NCBI GenBank assembly: GCA_945871425.1
Contig: CAMBVS010000008.1
Location: forward strand, 18,325 to 82,324
Source: Rhizobium sp. Q54
Lineage (GTDB): Bacteria; Pseudomonadota; Alphaproteobacteria; SHVZ01
DNA length: 64,000 nt
Direction: 5' to 3'
The translations under genes were made by a program, and so were the position numbers. Shown in pieces: positions 45,933-55,607 of the stretch. The notes beneath the pieces were generated by a model. It saw only the letters and a program-made list of their open reading frames with translations, ran no database searches and had not been told where the DNA came from. The stretch's first letter is position 1. Every line of letters begins with the position of its first letter.

Positions 45933-48107
45933 CTAGAAGGCGAACCGCGTCAGCGGCACCTGCGTTCCGTTCGGAAGGGTCATCACGGCTGTCGTCCGCG
46001 AAGAGAATGTGATCGTCACCGTCCCTCGGCTAACCGACGCAGTCGGCGCCTGATACGTTCCGGTTAACGTCTGCCCGCCGGAGAATTCAGTCAGCGTTCC
46101 CTGAAAGGAGCGAGGGGTCGTCATCGCGTTGGCAGCCACGTACCAGTTCGCTTGGCCGGAGTCGCCGTACATGTAGGCGCTGAGAAACATCGTCGCCCCT
46201 TGGATCTCCATGAAGAATCCACGGCCGGACTCCGACGCGTTCCACCACCATCCGGTCTCGGGCGCGTCGACCGACACGCCTTGGGTCACGCCCCCGGTCA
46301 CGGCGTCGTACCTGGAGATGCCGATGGTACCGCCCGGCCAGGTCAGAGTTCCGGCTCTTGAATTGCTGAATTCCAGCGCGATGGAACCCGGCGAGCCCGC
46401 CAAATTCGGATTGCGATGCGCACCCGAGAGCGTCTGGCCGTTCTCGAACTGCGCGAGCGCCCCCGAATAGGAGGTGCCGGACGTAGCGCCGCTGGAAACG
46501 AACCACACGGGTGAGCCGTCGGCTGCATAGAGATACGAAGACAGAAATACATTGCTACCGCGCTGCTCGATCGAATAGCCGCGGCCGCTTTCGGCGCTAT
46601 TCCACCACCACCCGGTCTGCGGCTTGATCGCAACCGTCGTCGGATACGTGGCGATCGGCTCGAAGACCGCGAACTTCACCTGGTTGTAGCGCGGTGGTGG
46701 ATTCGGTGGATTGACGGTATGGCGATAAGGTACGAGAAACCAGACTCGTCCGTCATTCATCATGTCGATGGGAATGGGCCCGTACTGGATGGTGAGAGAC
46801 CCGCCGTTGGCTTCTGAGAACCTGTGGAGCGGGAAGAAGTCGGTAGGCGTCGATGCGAACACGCCGGAGCCGTTGTTGATCAGGACAATCGGCCGATTCA
46901 AATTGGCGCAACAGCCACCGACGCTGAACGGCATGATCAGCAGGTCGGTATGGCCGTCGCGATTGAAGTCGAACGGCTTGATGAATTTGATCCAGCCTCC
47001 GTTCCAGGCCAGCACGCCCCCTCCCCGCGTAGCGCTCTCATCGGTGAAGGTGCCGCTGCCGTTGTTGACGAGGATCTGCAGGCATGCGTCCACGGAATAG
47101 GGATTGGCCTTGGCCTGGGAGACCAGCAAATCGATCGCACCGTCCCCATTGATGTCGATCGGCAAGATATCTATGGCCGAAGTGTTGAGTGTGCCGCCGG
47201 CGGTGTCGTAGCAGCCGATCGGAAGTGACACGGCCGTTGAGCTAGCGAAACTGCCTTGACGATTGTTGAGGTAGATCCGGCCGCTTCCGCCCGAAGATGA
47301 ATCGCGACCTCCTAGGATGAGGTCAGGGTAGCTGTCGCCATCGACGTCCGCCAAGGCCGAAGCAGAAGCTTGGTAGATGTTGCTGCCCGTGGTTGCGGTT
47401 AGTGCCGCCGGAAGCCTCGCGCGGTTCAGCGTGAAATTTCCGGCCCCGTCGTTGAGCAAAAGATACGACGGTGTCGTGCTGGTGAGGTTGCCGACAAAGA
47501 TGTGCGGTACGCCGTCGCCGTTGATCGCACCGACGCCCAAAGAATGGGTGAAGTTCGCGACTTGCGGAAGTATCGTGCTCCGATTGACCAATGGCCCGGC
47601 GGCCGACAACAGCAGCCCGCCGGTCTCTCCCGGAAAAGGCGACGTGTCGATGCCGTGATTGCCGATATAGACGTCGAGCTTTCCATCGCCATTGAAGTCG
47701 GCAACCTTCATGACGCGGTTGTATACAACGGTAGGAGCGCCTCCGGTCATCGTCGCGTTTCCGCTGGCGAAAGTGCCGTTACCCTGATTGATCAGGATGG
47801 CCAGCTCGCGCGACCGATAGTCGCTGGTGCTCGATCCTGAGCCACGTATCTCGACCAGTCCGTACACGACGTCGGGAAGGCCGTCGCCGTTTACATCCAC
47901 GACCGCGTAGTCGCCCCAGGATGGCCGAAAGCCGTTCGTCGCGTCCCCGAAAACGCCGGTGGTGATGGTTGGACCAACGTCATCGCGAATTGTGAAATAC
48001 TGCGAGAACGTCGAGCTGTCGACCACCCAGGACTGAGCTTCGGACGATCCGGGTGCGAACACCCGCGACAGACCGACGAGGACCGACAGGACCTTTGGCA
48101 GCTTCAC
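45933..48107 (-). CDS. Secreted FG-GAP/VCBS-repeat protein with a tandemly duplicated C-terminal GWWWN-ESGRG domain
   Basis: Repeats include DVNGDGLPDVVYG, ADFNGDGKLDVYIG, ADVDGDSYPDLILGG, DINGDGAIDLLVS and FDFNRDGHTDLLI. A GTG start at 48107 lies behind a GAGGGAG SD and gives a signal peptide. G+C is visibly lower than in flanking DNA. Confidence 0.8.
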   Translation of the reverse strand: MKLPKVLSVLVGLSRVFAPGSSEAQSWVVDSSTFSQYFTIRDDVGPTITTGVFGDATNGFRPSWGDYAVVDVNGDGLPDVVYGLVEIRGSGSSTSDYRSRELAILINQGNGTFASGNATMTGGAPTVVYNRVMKVADFNGDGKLDVYIGNHGIDTSPFPGETGGLLLSAAGPLVNRSTILPQVANFTHSLGVGAINGDGVPHIFVGNLTSTTPSYLLLNDGAGNFTLNRARLPAALTATTGSNIYQASASALADVDGDSYPDLILGGRDSSSGGSGRIYLNNRQGSFASSTAVSLPIGCYDTAGGTLNTSAIDILPIDINGDGAIDLLVSQAKANPYSVDACLQILVNNGSGTFTDESATRGGGVLAWNGGWIKFIKPFDFNRDGHTDLLIMPFSVGGCCANLNRPIVLINNGSGVFASTPTDFFPLHRFSEANGGSLTIQYGPIPIDMMNDGRVWFLVPYRHTVNPPNPPPRYNQVKFAVFEPIATYPTTVAIKPQTGWWWNSAESGRGYSIEQRGSNVFLSSYLYAADGSPVWFVSSGATSGTSYSGALAQFENGQTLSGAHRNPNLAGSPGSIALEFSNSRAGTLTWPGGTIGISRYDAVTGGVTQGVSVDAPETGWWWNASESGRGFFMEIQGATMFLSAYMYGDSGQANWYVAANAMTTPRSFQGTLTEFSGGQTLTGTYQAPTASVSRGTVTITFSSRTTAVMTLPNGTQVPLTRFAF

Positions 48108-48450
48108 GGTGCGGCTCCCTCGAATGCTAGAGACGGTATCCGCCAGGTCGAAAGAGACGCCGGCGGCGTCGGGCATGCCAGGCGTTCCAGAATGAACTCG
48201 ATGCGGCAGGAGGCTCGACCTACTCGCCCGCTCTGGCATCATCCGGTTGGATGACTTGCGCGAGGACGCACCGCGCGGCGCAACGGCTATTGGAGCAGGC
48301 CGGCCGAACACGTCGCGAATAGTCGCAAGAACGGTGTCTGAATGGGTACGAATTGCCGTCTGTCTCTACTGGAAATCGGCCCTGGCCTGGGACTCTGGCC
48401 GAGCCGAGCCGGCTCTCCTGGCCCGGGAGAGCGACCGGCGTCGTGCTTTC

Positions 48451-48480
48451 GCCCCCTCCCCCTGAGAGGGGGCTTTCGCT
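48451..48480 (+). terminator. Terminator-like hairpin (possibly the native attenuator or terminator downstream of the SBP genes)
   Basis: GCCCCCTC-cccctga-GAGGGGGC followed by TTTCGCT. Confidence 0.3.
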
Positions 48481-48508
48481 ATAACCTCGCGACGCCCATG
48501 CTCCCGCG

Positions 48509-48590
48509 CCTCCTCCCCGACCCGCCCCGTAACCGTTCCCTCGGAGGAGAGGGTGGCGCGCGGCACGCGTGCCGGATGAGGGGCAGGCGG
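48509..48590. repeat. GC-rich intergenic repeat (REP-like), copy A
   Basis: It contains CTCCTCC...GGAGGAG and GAGAGGGTGGCG-N13-CCGGATGAGGGGCA. The same motif, with an N12 spacer, occurs at 61050..61086. Confidence 0.6.
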
Positions 48591-48628
48591 CTCGTTGCAA
48601 CCGCGCACGATGCGCACCGCGCCCACGC

Positions 48629-49573
48629 ATGATCTCCTTCACCCTTCGCCGCCTCGCCGCCTTCGTCGCCACCCTGTTCGCCACCTCTCTGGTGGTATTC
48701 CTGGTGCTCGAGGTGCTGCCCGGCGATCCGGCGCTGCTGATGCTGGGGATCGACGCCCAGCCCGATGCGGTGGCGGCGCTCAGGACCAAGCTCGGCCTCG
48801 ACCGGCCGCCGGTCGAGCGCTACCTGGTCTGGATGGCGGGCCTCGTCCGTGGCGACCTCGGCATCAGCCATACCTACGGCACGTCGGTCTCCGAGCTGAT
48901 CGGCGAGCGGTTGGTGGTGACCCTGCCGCTCGCGCTCATCGCCATGGCGCTGACCACGATCATCGCGCTGACGCTCGGCGTCTACGCCGCCTCCAAGCAC
49001 AATACGATCGGCGACTACGGCGTCATGACCGCGACCCAGGTCGGCATCGCCGTGCCTAATTTCTGGTTCGCCATCCTGCTGGTGCTGCTGTTCGCGGTCG
49101 CGCTCGGCTGGCTGCCTGCCGGCGGCTTCCCCGGCTGGAGCGAGGGGCCGATCGCGCTCAAATCGCTGATCCTCCCCTCTTTCGCGCTGGCGGTGGTGCA
49201 GGCTGCCATCCTTGCCCGCGTCACTCGTTCCGCCGTGCTGGAGGTGCTGCGCGAGGACTTCGTCCGGACCGCCAGGGCCAAGGGGCTGACCCGCACGCAG
49301 ACGCTCTGGCGCCACGTGCTCCGGAACGCGATGATCCCGGTCGTCACCATCATGGGCCTCCAGTTCTCCAACCTGCTGGCCGGCACCATCATCATCGAGA
49401 ACGTCTTCTACCTGCCGGGCCTCGGCCGCCTGATCTTCCAGTCGATCAACCAGCGCGACCTGATCGTGGTGAAGGACGTGGTCGTGCTGCTGGCAGCCAA
49501 GGTCGTGGTCATCAATTTCGCGGTCGACATGCTCTATGCGGTGATCGACCCGCGGTTGAGGACTGCCCGGTGA
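48629..49573 (+). CDS. ABC transporter permease (DppB/OppB-like)
   Basis: N-terminus MISFTLRRLAAFVATLF...PGDP. The EAA-like loop is RTARAKGLTRTQTLWRHVLRNA. Confidence 0.9.
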   Translation: MISFTLRRLAAFVATLFATSLVVFLVLEVLPGDPALLMLGIDAQPDAVAALRTKLGLDRPPVERYLVWMAGLVRGDLGISHTYGTSVSELIGERLVVTLPLALIAMALTTIIALTLGVYAASKHNTIGDYGVMTATQVGIAVPNFWFAILLVLLFAVALGWLPAGGFPGWSEGPIALKSLILPSFALAVVQAAILARVTRSAVLEVLREDFVRTARAKGLTRTQTLWRHVLRNAMIPVVTIMGLQFSNLLAGTIIIENVFYLPGLGRLIFQSINQRDLIVVKDVVVLLAAKVVVINFAVDMLYAVIDPRLRTAR

Positions 49574-50412
49574 AGGCCGACGGCTTCATCATGCGCTGCC
49601 TTCGCCAGCGCAACTTCGTCATCGGCCTGGTGCTGACCGGCATCGTGATCGCCGCTGCCCTCCTCTCCTATGTCTGGACGCCGCATCCGCCGACCCGGAT
49701 CAACGTCCCCGGCCGCCTGGCGCTGGCGTCGTCCACCCACTGGTTCGGCACCGACCATTTCGGGCGAGACGTCTTCTCGATGATCCTGGTGGGCTCGCGG
49801 AACTCGATCATGGTCGGCATCGTCGCCGTCACCATCGGCGTCGCGATCGGCGTCGCCCTCGGCCTCCTGGCATCGGCCAAGCGCGGCTGGGTCGAGGACC
49901 TGGTGATGCGGATGGCCGACTTCACCTTCGCCTTCCCGGCCATCCTCTCGGCCATCCTGATCACCGCCATCTTAGGCCCCGGCACGGTCAACTCGATCCT
50001 GGCGATCGGCATCTTCAACATCCCGGTCTTCGCCCGCATCACCCGCGGCGCCGCCAACGCCATCCTCGCCCGCGACTTCATCCTGGCGGCCCGCGCCGCC
50101 GGCAAGGGCCGGATCCGCATCGTGGTCGAGCACGTGCTGCCCAACATCTCGAACGTGCTGATCGTCCAGGCGACCATCAACTTCGCCCTCGCCATCCTGG
50201 CGGAAGCCGGCCTCTCTTATCTCGGCCTCGGGACCCAGCCGCCGGATCCGAGCTGGGGGCGCATGCTGAACGAATCCCAGACCTTCCTGTTCCGCGCGCC
50301 GATGCTGGCGATCTACCCCGGCGCCGCCATCATGATCGCGGTCCTCGGCCTCAACCTGCTGGGCGACGGCCTCCGCGACGCGCTCGATCCACGCTTGGCG
50401 AGGGCGCGCTGA
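49570..50412 (+). CDS. ABC transporter permease (DppC/OppC-like)
   Basis: Multi-TM protein with GTDHFGRDVFS and an ARAAGKGRIRIVVEHVLPN loop. The start overlaps the upstream stop. Confidence 0.9.
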   Translation: MKADGFIMRCLRQRNFVIGLVLTGIVIAAALLSYVWTPHPPTRINVPGRLALASSTHWFGTDHFGRDVFSMILVGSRNSIMVGIVAVTIGVAIGVALGLLASAKRGWVEDLVMRMADFTFAFPAILSAILITAILGPGTVNSILAIGIFNIPVFARITRGAANAILARDFILAARAAGKGRIRIVVEHVLPNISNVLIVQATINFALAILAEAGLSYLGLGTQPPDPSWGRMLNESQTFLFRAPMLAIYPGAAIMIAVLGLNLLGDGLRDALDPRLARAR

Positions 50413-51380
50413 TGGCGCTGCTCGCCGTCGACAAGCTCGCCGTCCATATGCCGACCTTGCGCGGGTCCGTGCCGCTGGTGCGCGAGGTCAATTTCTCGAT
50501 CGAGCGCGGCGAGACCCTCGGCATCGTCGGCGAGAGCGGCTGCGGCAAGACGATGACGGCACTCGCCCTGATGGGGCTCCTGCCCGATCGTGCCGTTCCC
50601 TCAGGTGCGATCGTCTTCGAGGGCGAGAACCTGCTGGACCTGCCGGAGCCCCGCCTCTGCGAGCTTCGCGGCAACCGGCTCGCCATGATCTTCCAGGAGC
50701 CGATGAGCGCTCTGAATCCGGTGCATCCGATCGGCCGTCAGATCGCCGAGAGCCTGATCCTGCATCGCGGCCTCTCTCAGAGCGATGCCGCCGCCGAGGC
50801 CGTCCGCCTGCTCGACCTGGTGCGGATGCCCGAGCCGCGGGCCCGGCTCTCCCAGTACCCGCACCAGCTTTCCGGCGGCCAGCGCCAGCGGGTGATGATC
50901 GCCATCGCGCTCGCCTGCCAGCCCGACATCCTGATCGCCGACGAGCCCACCACCGCGCTCGACGTCACCGTCCAGGCGCAGATCCTCGACCTGATCCACG
51001 ACCTGGTCGACGAGCTGGGCATGGCGCTGATACTCATCAGCCATGACCTCGGCATTGTCGGCGACATCACCGACCGGGTGCTGGTGATGTATGCCGGCCG
51101 GGTGGTCGAGGCCGGGCCGACGGCGGAGCTCTTTCACCGCCGCGCCCATCCCTATACCCGCGGACTGTTCGGCGCCCTGCCCCAGCCAGGGCGGACGCGC
51201 GGGAGCCCGCTCTTCGCCATCCCCGGCACGGTACCCGACCCGTGGTCGGTCGCCGGCGGCTGCGCCTTCGCCGACCGCTGCCTTCTGGTCGAGCCCGAGT
51301 GCCGGGCGGCGCTGCCGCCGAACGTCGAGGTCGGACCCGCCCATACCGCGCTCTGCCGGAGGACGGACGTCACCACATGA
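50412..51380 (+). CDS. ABC transporter ATP-binding protein (DppD/OppD-like)
   Basis: Walker A GESGCGKT, signature LSGGQRQR, and Walker B ILIADEPTTALD. Confidence 0.92.
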   Translation: MALLAVDKLAVHMPTLRGSVPLVREVNFSIERGETLGIVGESGCGKTMTALALMGLLPDRAVPSGAIVFEGENLLDLPEPRLCELRGNRLAMIFQEPMSALNPVHPIGRQIAESLILHRGLSQSDAAAEAVRLLDLVRMPEPRARLSQYPHQLSGGQRQRVMIAIALACQPDILIADEPTTALDVTVQAQILDLIHDLVDELGMALILISHDLGIVGDITDRVLVMYAGRVVEAGPTAELFHRRAHPYTRGLFGALPQPGRTRGSPLFAIPGTVPDPWSVAGGCAFADRCLLVEPECRAALPPNVEVGPAHTALCRRTDVTT

Positions 51381-52357
51381 CCGAGGCCTTGATCCGCGCC
51401 GAGAACCTGATCCGGCATTTCCGGTTGCCGCGGCCGTCGCCCTTCTCGCCGAGGAAATGGATCAAGGCGGTCGACGGCGTCAGCTTCGCCGTCGACACCG
51501 GCAAGAGCTTCGGCGTGGTCGGCGAGTCGGGCTCCGGCAAGTCGACGCTGGCCCGCCTGGTCATGGCCCTCGACAAGCCGGACAAGGGCGCGATCGAGGT
51601 CATCGGCCGTGACCCCTTCGCGCTGACCGATGGCGACCTCCGCCGGCACCGGCGGAACTTCCAGATGGTCTTCCAGGATCCGTTCAGCTCGCTCGATCCC
51701 CGGCACACGGTCGCCCGCATCGTCGCCGAGCCGCTGGACGGCCTGGCGGTCGCGGTCTCGCCGGTCGAACGGATCGAACGCGTCGCCGACGCGCTCGGCG
51801 AGGTCGGCCTCCCCTCGGATTCCGCCAGCCGCTATCCGCACGAATTTTCCGGTGGCCAGCGCCAACGCATCGCCATCGCCCGCGCCCTGATCACGCGGCC
51901 GAAGCTGATCGTCGCCGACGAGCCGGTCTCGGCCCTCGACGTCTCGGTCCAGGCCCAGGTCCTGAACCTGATGCAGGAGCTGCAGCGCCGCCACGGCGTG
52001 ACCTACTTCTTCATCAGCCACAACCTGGCCGTGGTCGAGCACATCTGCGACGACGTCGCCGTCATGTACCACGGCCGAATCGTCGAGCAGGCGCCGGCCG
52101 AGACGCTCTTCGCCGACCCGAGGCATCCCTATACGCAGGCGCTGATGGCCGCTGTCCCCGGCCTTGCCGTGGGCGCCCGCCGGCGCGACCGCCGCGGCGT
52201 CCGCCTCGCCGGCACCTCGACCGAGACGATCCCGCCGCCCCCGGGCGGCTGCAGCTATGCGCCCCGCTGCCCCCGCGCCGATGCAAGCTGCCAGGTCGAG
52301 GACCCGGCCCTCCGCACCGTCCAGCCCGGCCACCGCGCGGCCTGCCACTTCGCCTGA
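51377..52357 (+). CDS. ABC transporter ATP-binding protein (DppF/OppF-like)
   Basis: Walker [10 protein letters not shown], signature FSGGQRQR, and [15 protein letters not shown] 51377 overlaps the upstream stop (ATGA). Confidence 0.92.
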   Translation: MTEALIRAENLIRHFRLPRPSPFSPRKWIKAVDGVSFAVDTGKSFGVVGESGSGKSTLARLVMALDKPDKGAIEVIGRDPFALTDGDLRRHRRNFQMVFQDPFSSLDPRHTVARIVAEPLDGLAVAVSPVERIERVADALGEVGLPSDSASRYPHEFSGGQRQRIAIARALITRPKLIVADEPVSALDVSVQAQVLNLMQELQRRHGVTYFFISHNLAVVEHICDDVAVMYHGRIVEQAPAETLFADPRHPYTQALMAAVPGLAVGARRRDRRGVRLAGTSTETIPPPPGGCSYAPRCPRADASCQVEDPALRTVQPGHRAACHFA

Positions 52358-52433
52358 CCGGGGCCGCCTCTACCCCATTGCTCTCCGCCGCCCTCCCCCG
52401 CAGGATGTGGGAAACAACCTTCTGGGGACGGAA

Positions 52434-54146
52434 ATGACCCTCATGGCTATGTCGATCGCCAGCGGCGGCGGCCAATACACCAAGCACTATCCGGCGAATG
52501 TCGACTGGCACGAGGCGATCGAGCCGCGCCCGCTCTACGAGCTGCTGGACGAACCCGCCCGCCGCATTCCCGCACAGAACGCGATCGACTTCCTCGACAA
52601 GAAGACCACCTACGGCGAGCTTTCGGCCCAGGTCGATCGCTTTGCCAAGGGCCTGCAGACGCTGGGGGTCAAGCTGGGCGACCGGGTCGGGCTGTTCCTG
52701 CCCAACTGTCCCTATTTCATCATCGCCTACTTCGGCATCCTCAAGGCCGGCGGCATCGTCGTCAACTACAACCCCCTCTATGTCGCCAAGGAGATCGAAT
52801 CCCAGGTCAAGGATTCCGGCACGACCGTGATGGTCACCCTCGACCTGCAGGCGCTCTATTCGAAGCTGGCGCCGATGCTGGGATCGACGCCGCTGAAGAC
52901 CATCATCGTCGCCTCCATGGCGAGCGCGCTTCCGTTCATCAAGAAGCTGCTCTTCCCGATCGTCCGGCGGAAAGACTTGGCGACCCCGCCCCGCGACTCG
53001 GCGCATCCGCGCTTCGAAGACGTGGTCGCCAATGACGGACGCTACCAGGCGGCGCCGATCGACCCGGTCAAGACCGTGGCGGTGCTGCAATACACCGGTG
53101 GCACCACCGGCATTCCCAAGGGGGCGATGCTGACCCACGCCAATCTCTTCGCCAACGCCGTACAGTGCCGGCGCTGGTTCCACGGGCTCGAGTTCGGCAA
53201 GGAGCGCGCGCTCGGCGTGCTGCCCTTCTTCCACGTCTTCGCCATGACCGTGGTGCAGAACATGCTGCTGTCGGCCGGAGCCGAGATCGTCATGCTGCCC
53301 CGCTTCGAGGTCGATGCGGCGCTGAAGGCGATCGTGACCAAGAAGACGACCTTCGTCGCCGGCGTGCCGACCATGTACACGGCCTTCAACACCGCCGTCG
53401 CCAAGCAGCCGCGCGATCTCTCCTCGGTGAGGAACTGCATCTCCGGCGGTGCGCCGCTGCCGCTCGAGGTCAAGCAGCGCTTCGAGCAGGTGACCGGATG
53501 CCACCTGGTGGAAGGCTATGGGCTGACCGAAAGCTCGCCGGTCGCGACTTGCAATCCGCTCGGCGGCGTCAACAAGGCCGGATCGATCGGGCTGCCGCTG
53601 CCGCTGACGCGGCTAGAACTGCGAGACATCGCCGATCCGAAGGCGGTATCGCCTCGCGGCGAGCGCGGCGAGATCTGCATCGGCGGACCGCAGGTGATGG
53701 CGGGATACTGGAACCGGCCTGACGCGACCGAGCAGCAGATGGTCGACGGTCTGCTCAGGACCGGCGACATCGCGATGATGGACGAGGACGGCTACTTCTT
53801 TATCGTCGACCGGATGAAGGACCTGATCCTCTGCAGCGGCTTCAACGTCTATCCGCGCGTCGTCGAGGAGGCAGTCTATCAGCACCCTGCTGTGGAGGAA
53901 TGCACGGTGATCGGCATCGCCGACAGCTACCGCGGCCAGAGCCCGAAGGCCTTCGTCAAGCTCCAGGCCGGAAAGACGCTGACGTCCGGGGAGCTGATGG
54001 ACTTCCTTAAAGATAAGCTCAACCCGATCGAAATGCCGCGCGAGATCGAGTTCCGCGCCGCCCTGCCGAAGACGCTGATCGGCAAGCTGTCGAAGAAGGA
54101 GCTGGTGGCCGAAGAGGCCGCGAAGACCGAGGCCGGCAAGTCCTAA
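52434..54146 (+). CDS. Long-chain fatty acid-CoA ligase (AMP-binding family)
   Basis: AMP-binding motif YTGGTTGIPKGAMLTH, plus GYGLTE and TGD. The start is set at ATG 52434. Confidence 0.9.
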   Translation: MTLMAMSIASGGGQYTKHYPANVDWHEAIEPRPLYELLDEPARRIPAQNAIDFLDKKTTYGELSAQVDRFAKGLQTLGVKLGDRVGLFLPNCPYFIIAYFGILKAGGIVVNYNPLYVAKEIESQVKDSGTTVMVTLDLQALYSKLAPMLGSTPLKTIIVASMASALPFIKKLLFPIVRRKDLATPPRDSAHPRFEDVVANDGRYQAAPIDPVKTVAVLQYTGGTTGIPKGAMLTHANLFANAVQCRRWFHGLEFGKERALGVLPFFHVFAMTVVQNMLLSAGAEIVMLPRFEVDAALKAIVTKKTTFVAGVPTMYTAFNTAVAKQPRDLSSVRNCISGGAPLPLEVKQRFEQVTGCHLVEGYGLTESSPVATCNPLGGVNKAGSIGLPLPLTRLELRDIADPKAVSPRGERGEICIGGPQVMAGYWNRPDATEQQMVDGLLRTGDIAMMDEDGYFFIVDRMKDLILCSGFNVYPRVVEEAVYQHPAVEECTVIGIADSYRGQSPKAFVKLQAGKTLTSGELMDFLKDKLNPIEMPREIEFRAALPKTLIGKLSKKELVAEEAAKTEAGKS

Positions 54147-54165
54147 GGCAGCGGCAGGCCGAAGG

Positions 54166-55221
54166 TCAGGCGAAGGTCAGCAGCCGCCTCGGATTGTCGA
54201 CCAGGATCGCCTGGATCTCAGCTTCGCTGAATCCGCGCCGGCGCATCATCGGCACGACGTTGCGGAAGATGTGGCCGTAGCCGTGGCCGCCGAAATTCGT
54301 CAGCCGGGTGCGCTGGCAGATGTCGTGGCTGATGACGATGCGATCGAGGTGGCCGGCGTCGATCAGGGTGCGGAGATGCTGCAGCCGGACGGCATCGTTC
54401 GGCATGTCGATGGTGGTATTGAGCTTGTAGTGGGCGGCCTCGGTACCGAACAGGTCGAACTCGACGGTGACGCCGGTGTCGGCGAGCCGGAGCAGGCGCT
54501 CAGAATCGAAGATGGTCCGGTCGATATGGCTGATCACCGTGCGCGAGGTGTCGCCGCCATTGGCGGCGACGAATTCCGCGATCTCCTGCGGCAGGTCCTC
54601 ATGCCGGCCTGGGTGGATGTTGACCGAGGCCCCGGTCTCCTGCTGGGCCAGGATCGCGCCCTTCAGCACCGTCCGCTCCAGCGCGCCCCAGGGTGTCGTT
54701 GTGCCGATCTCGCCGATGATGCCGGAGCGGACGGACGTGCCCCAGGCGCCTTCCAGGACCTGGGCCGCCATCTCGCCAGCGAAGTCGTCGGCGCTCCGCT
54801 CCTTGTTCTTCGGGTCCTGGTACTCCTCGACGTAGTAGCCGCAGCCCATGACGATGTTGACGCTGGTCCCCTCGGAGACCTGCGCCAGCCCCTTGGGGTC
54901 GGGCCGGATGCCTCCGCAGGTCAGCTCGACCACGGTCTGGCCGCCGACGTCGCGCATCATCTGCAGCTCGTCGATGGCGATGGCGACGTCGTCGAACAGC
55001 ATGTTGCGAGGCGAGTAGGTCTCGCCATAGGCCATCTGGAAGATGTTGCGGAACGAGAGCTCGGGTCCGAGGTCGTTCTTGGCGCGGACCTCGGGCGTGC
55101 GGAGATCCCAGAGCACATGCTCATGCATCAGGGTCTGGCCCAGCTCCGCCGGACCGAGGAGTCCCCGGACGGTCTGGACCTTGCCCGTGAGATCGCTGCG
55201 CGAGAGCCTCGAACGAGCCAT
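54166..55221 (-). CDS. Phosphotriesterase-related (PTE/amidohydrolase superfamily) protein
   Basis: TLMHEHV metal-binding motif, plus the VNIHPG and ISHD motifs. Confidence 0.85.
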   Translation of the reverse strand: MARSRLSRSDLTGKVQTVRGLLGPAELGQTLMHEHVLWDLRTPEVRAKNDLGPELSFRNIFQMAYGETYSPRNMLFDDVAIAIDELQMMRDVGGQTVVELTCGGIRPDPKGLAQVSEGTSVNIVMGCGYYVEEYQDPKNKERSADDFAGEMAAQVLEGAWGTSVRSGIIGEIGTTTPWGALERTVLKGAILAQQETGASVNIHPGRHEDLPQEIAEFVAANGGDTSRTVISHIDRTIFDSERLLRLADTGVTVEFDLFGTEAAHYKLNTTIDMPNDAVRLQHLRTLIDAGHLDRIVISHDICQRTRLTNFGGHGYGHIFRNVVPMMRRRGFSEAEIQAILVDNPRRLLTFA

Positions 55222-55251
55222 CTCCCCCTCCCCCTTTGACCGACGATCCGG

Positions 55252-55563
55252 CTAGCGGACGACCAGCCGCGAGATCTTGCCGTCGATCGGCGTCAGCGGC
55301 TTGAACATCGACTGGATCGCCGCGACCGTTCCCTTGTTGGCATTGAGCTTCTCGGCCTGCTCGACGGCGTCCTGGCGGATCGACTTCCGCCGGTCCGACG
55401 GCAGCTTGTCGAACTCAGTCCGAGCCGAATCCAGCGCCTGGGGAGATCCGACGCTCACCACGCGGGTGAGCTTGAGGTAGACGATCGATCCGGTGCCGAC
55501 GATGCGTGCCGTCGAGTCCGCCAGGATTTCGACCGCCCTGACGGTGGTCTTATCGAGCTGCAT
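55252..55563 (-). CDS. Hypothetical protein (103 aa)
   Basis: The ORF has high GC3 and no overlapping better candidate. No family was recognised. Confidence 0.45.
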   Translation of the reverse strand: MQLDKTTVRAVEILADSTARIVGTGSIVYLKLTRVVSVGSPQALDSARTEFDKLPSDRRKSIRQDAVEQAEKLNANKGTVAAIQSMFKPLTPIDGKISRLVVR

Positions 55564-55607
55564 GGTGGTCCATCATGGAGCCTCGAAACAGGCTGTGCAA
55601 CCGTGAC

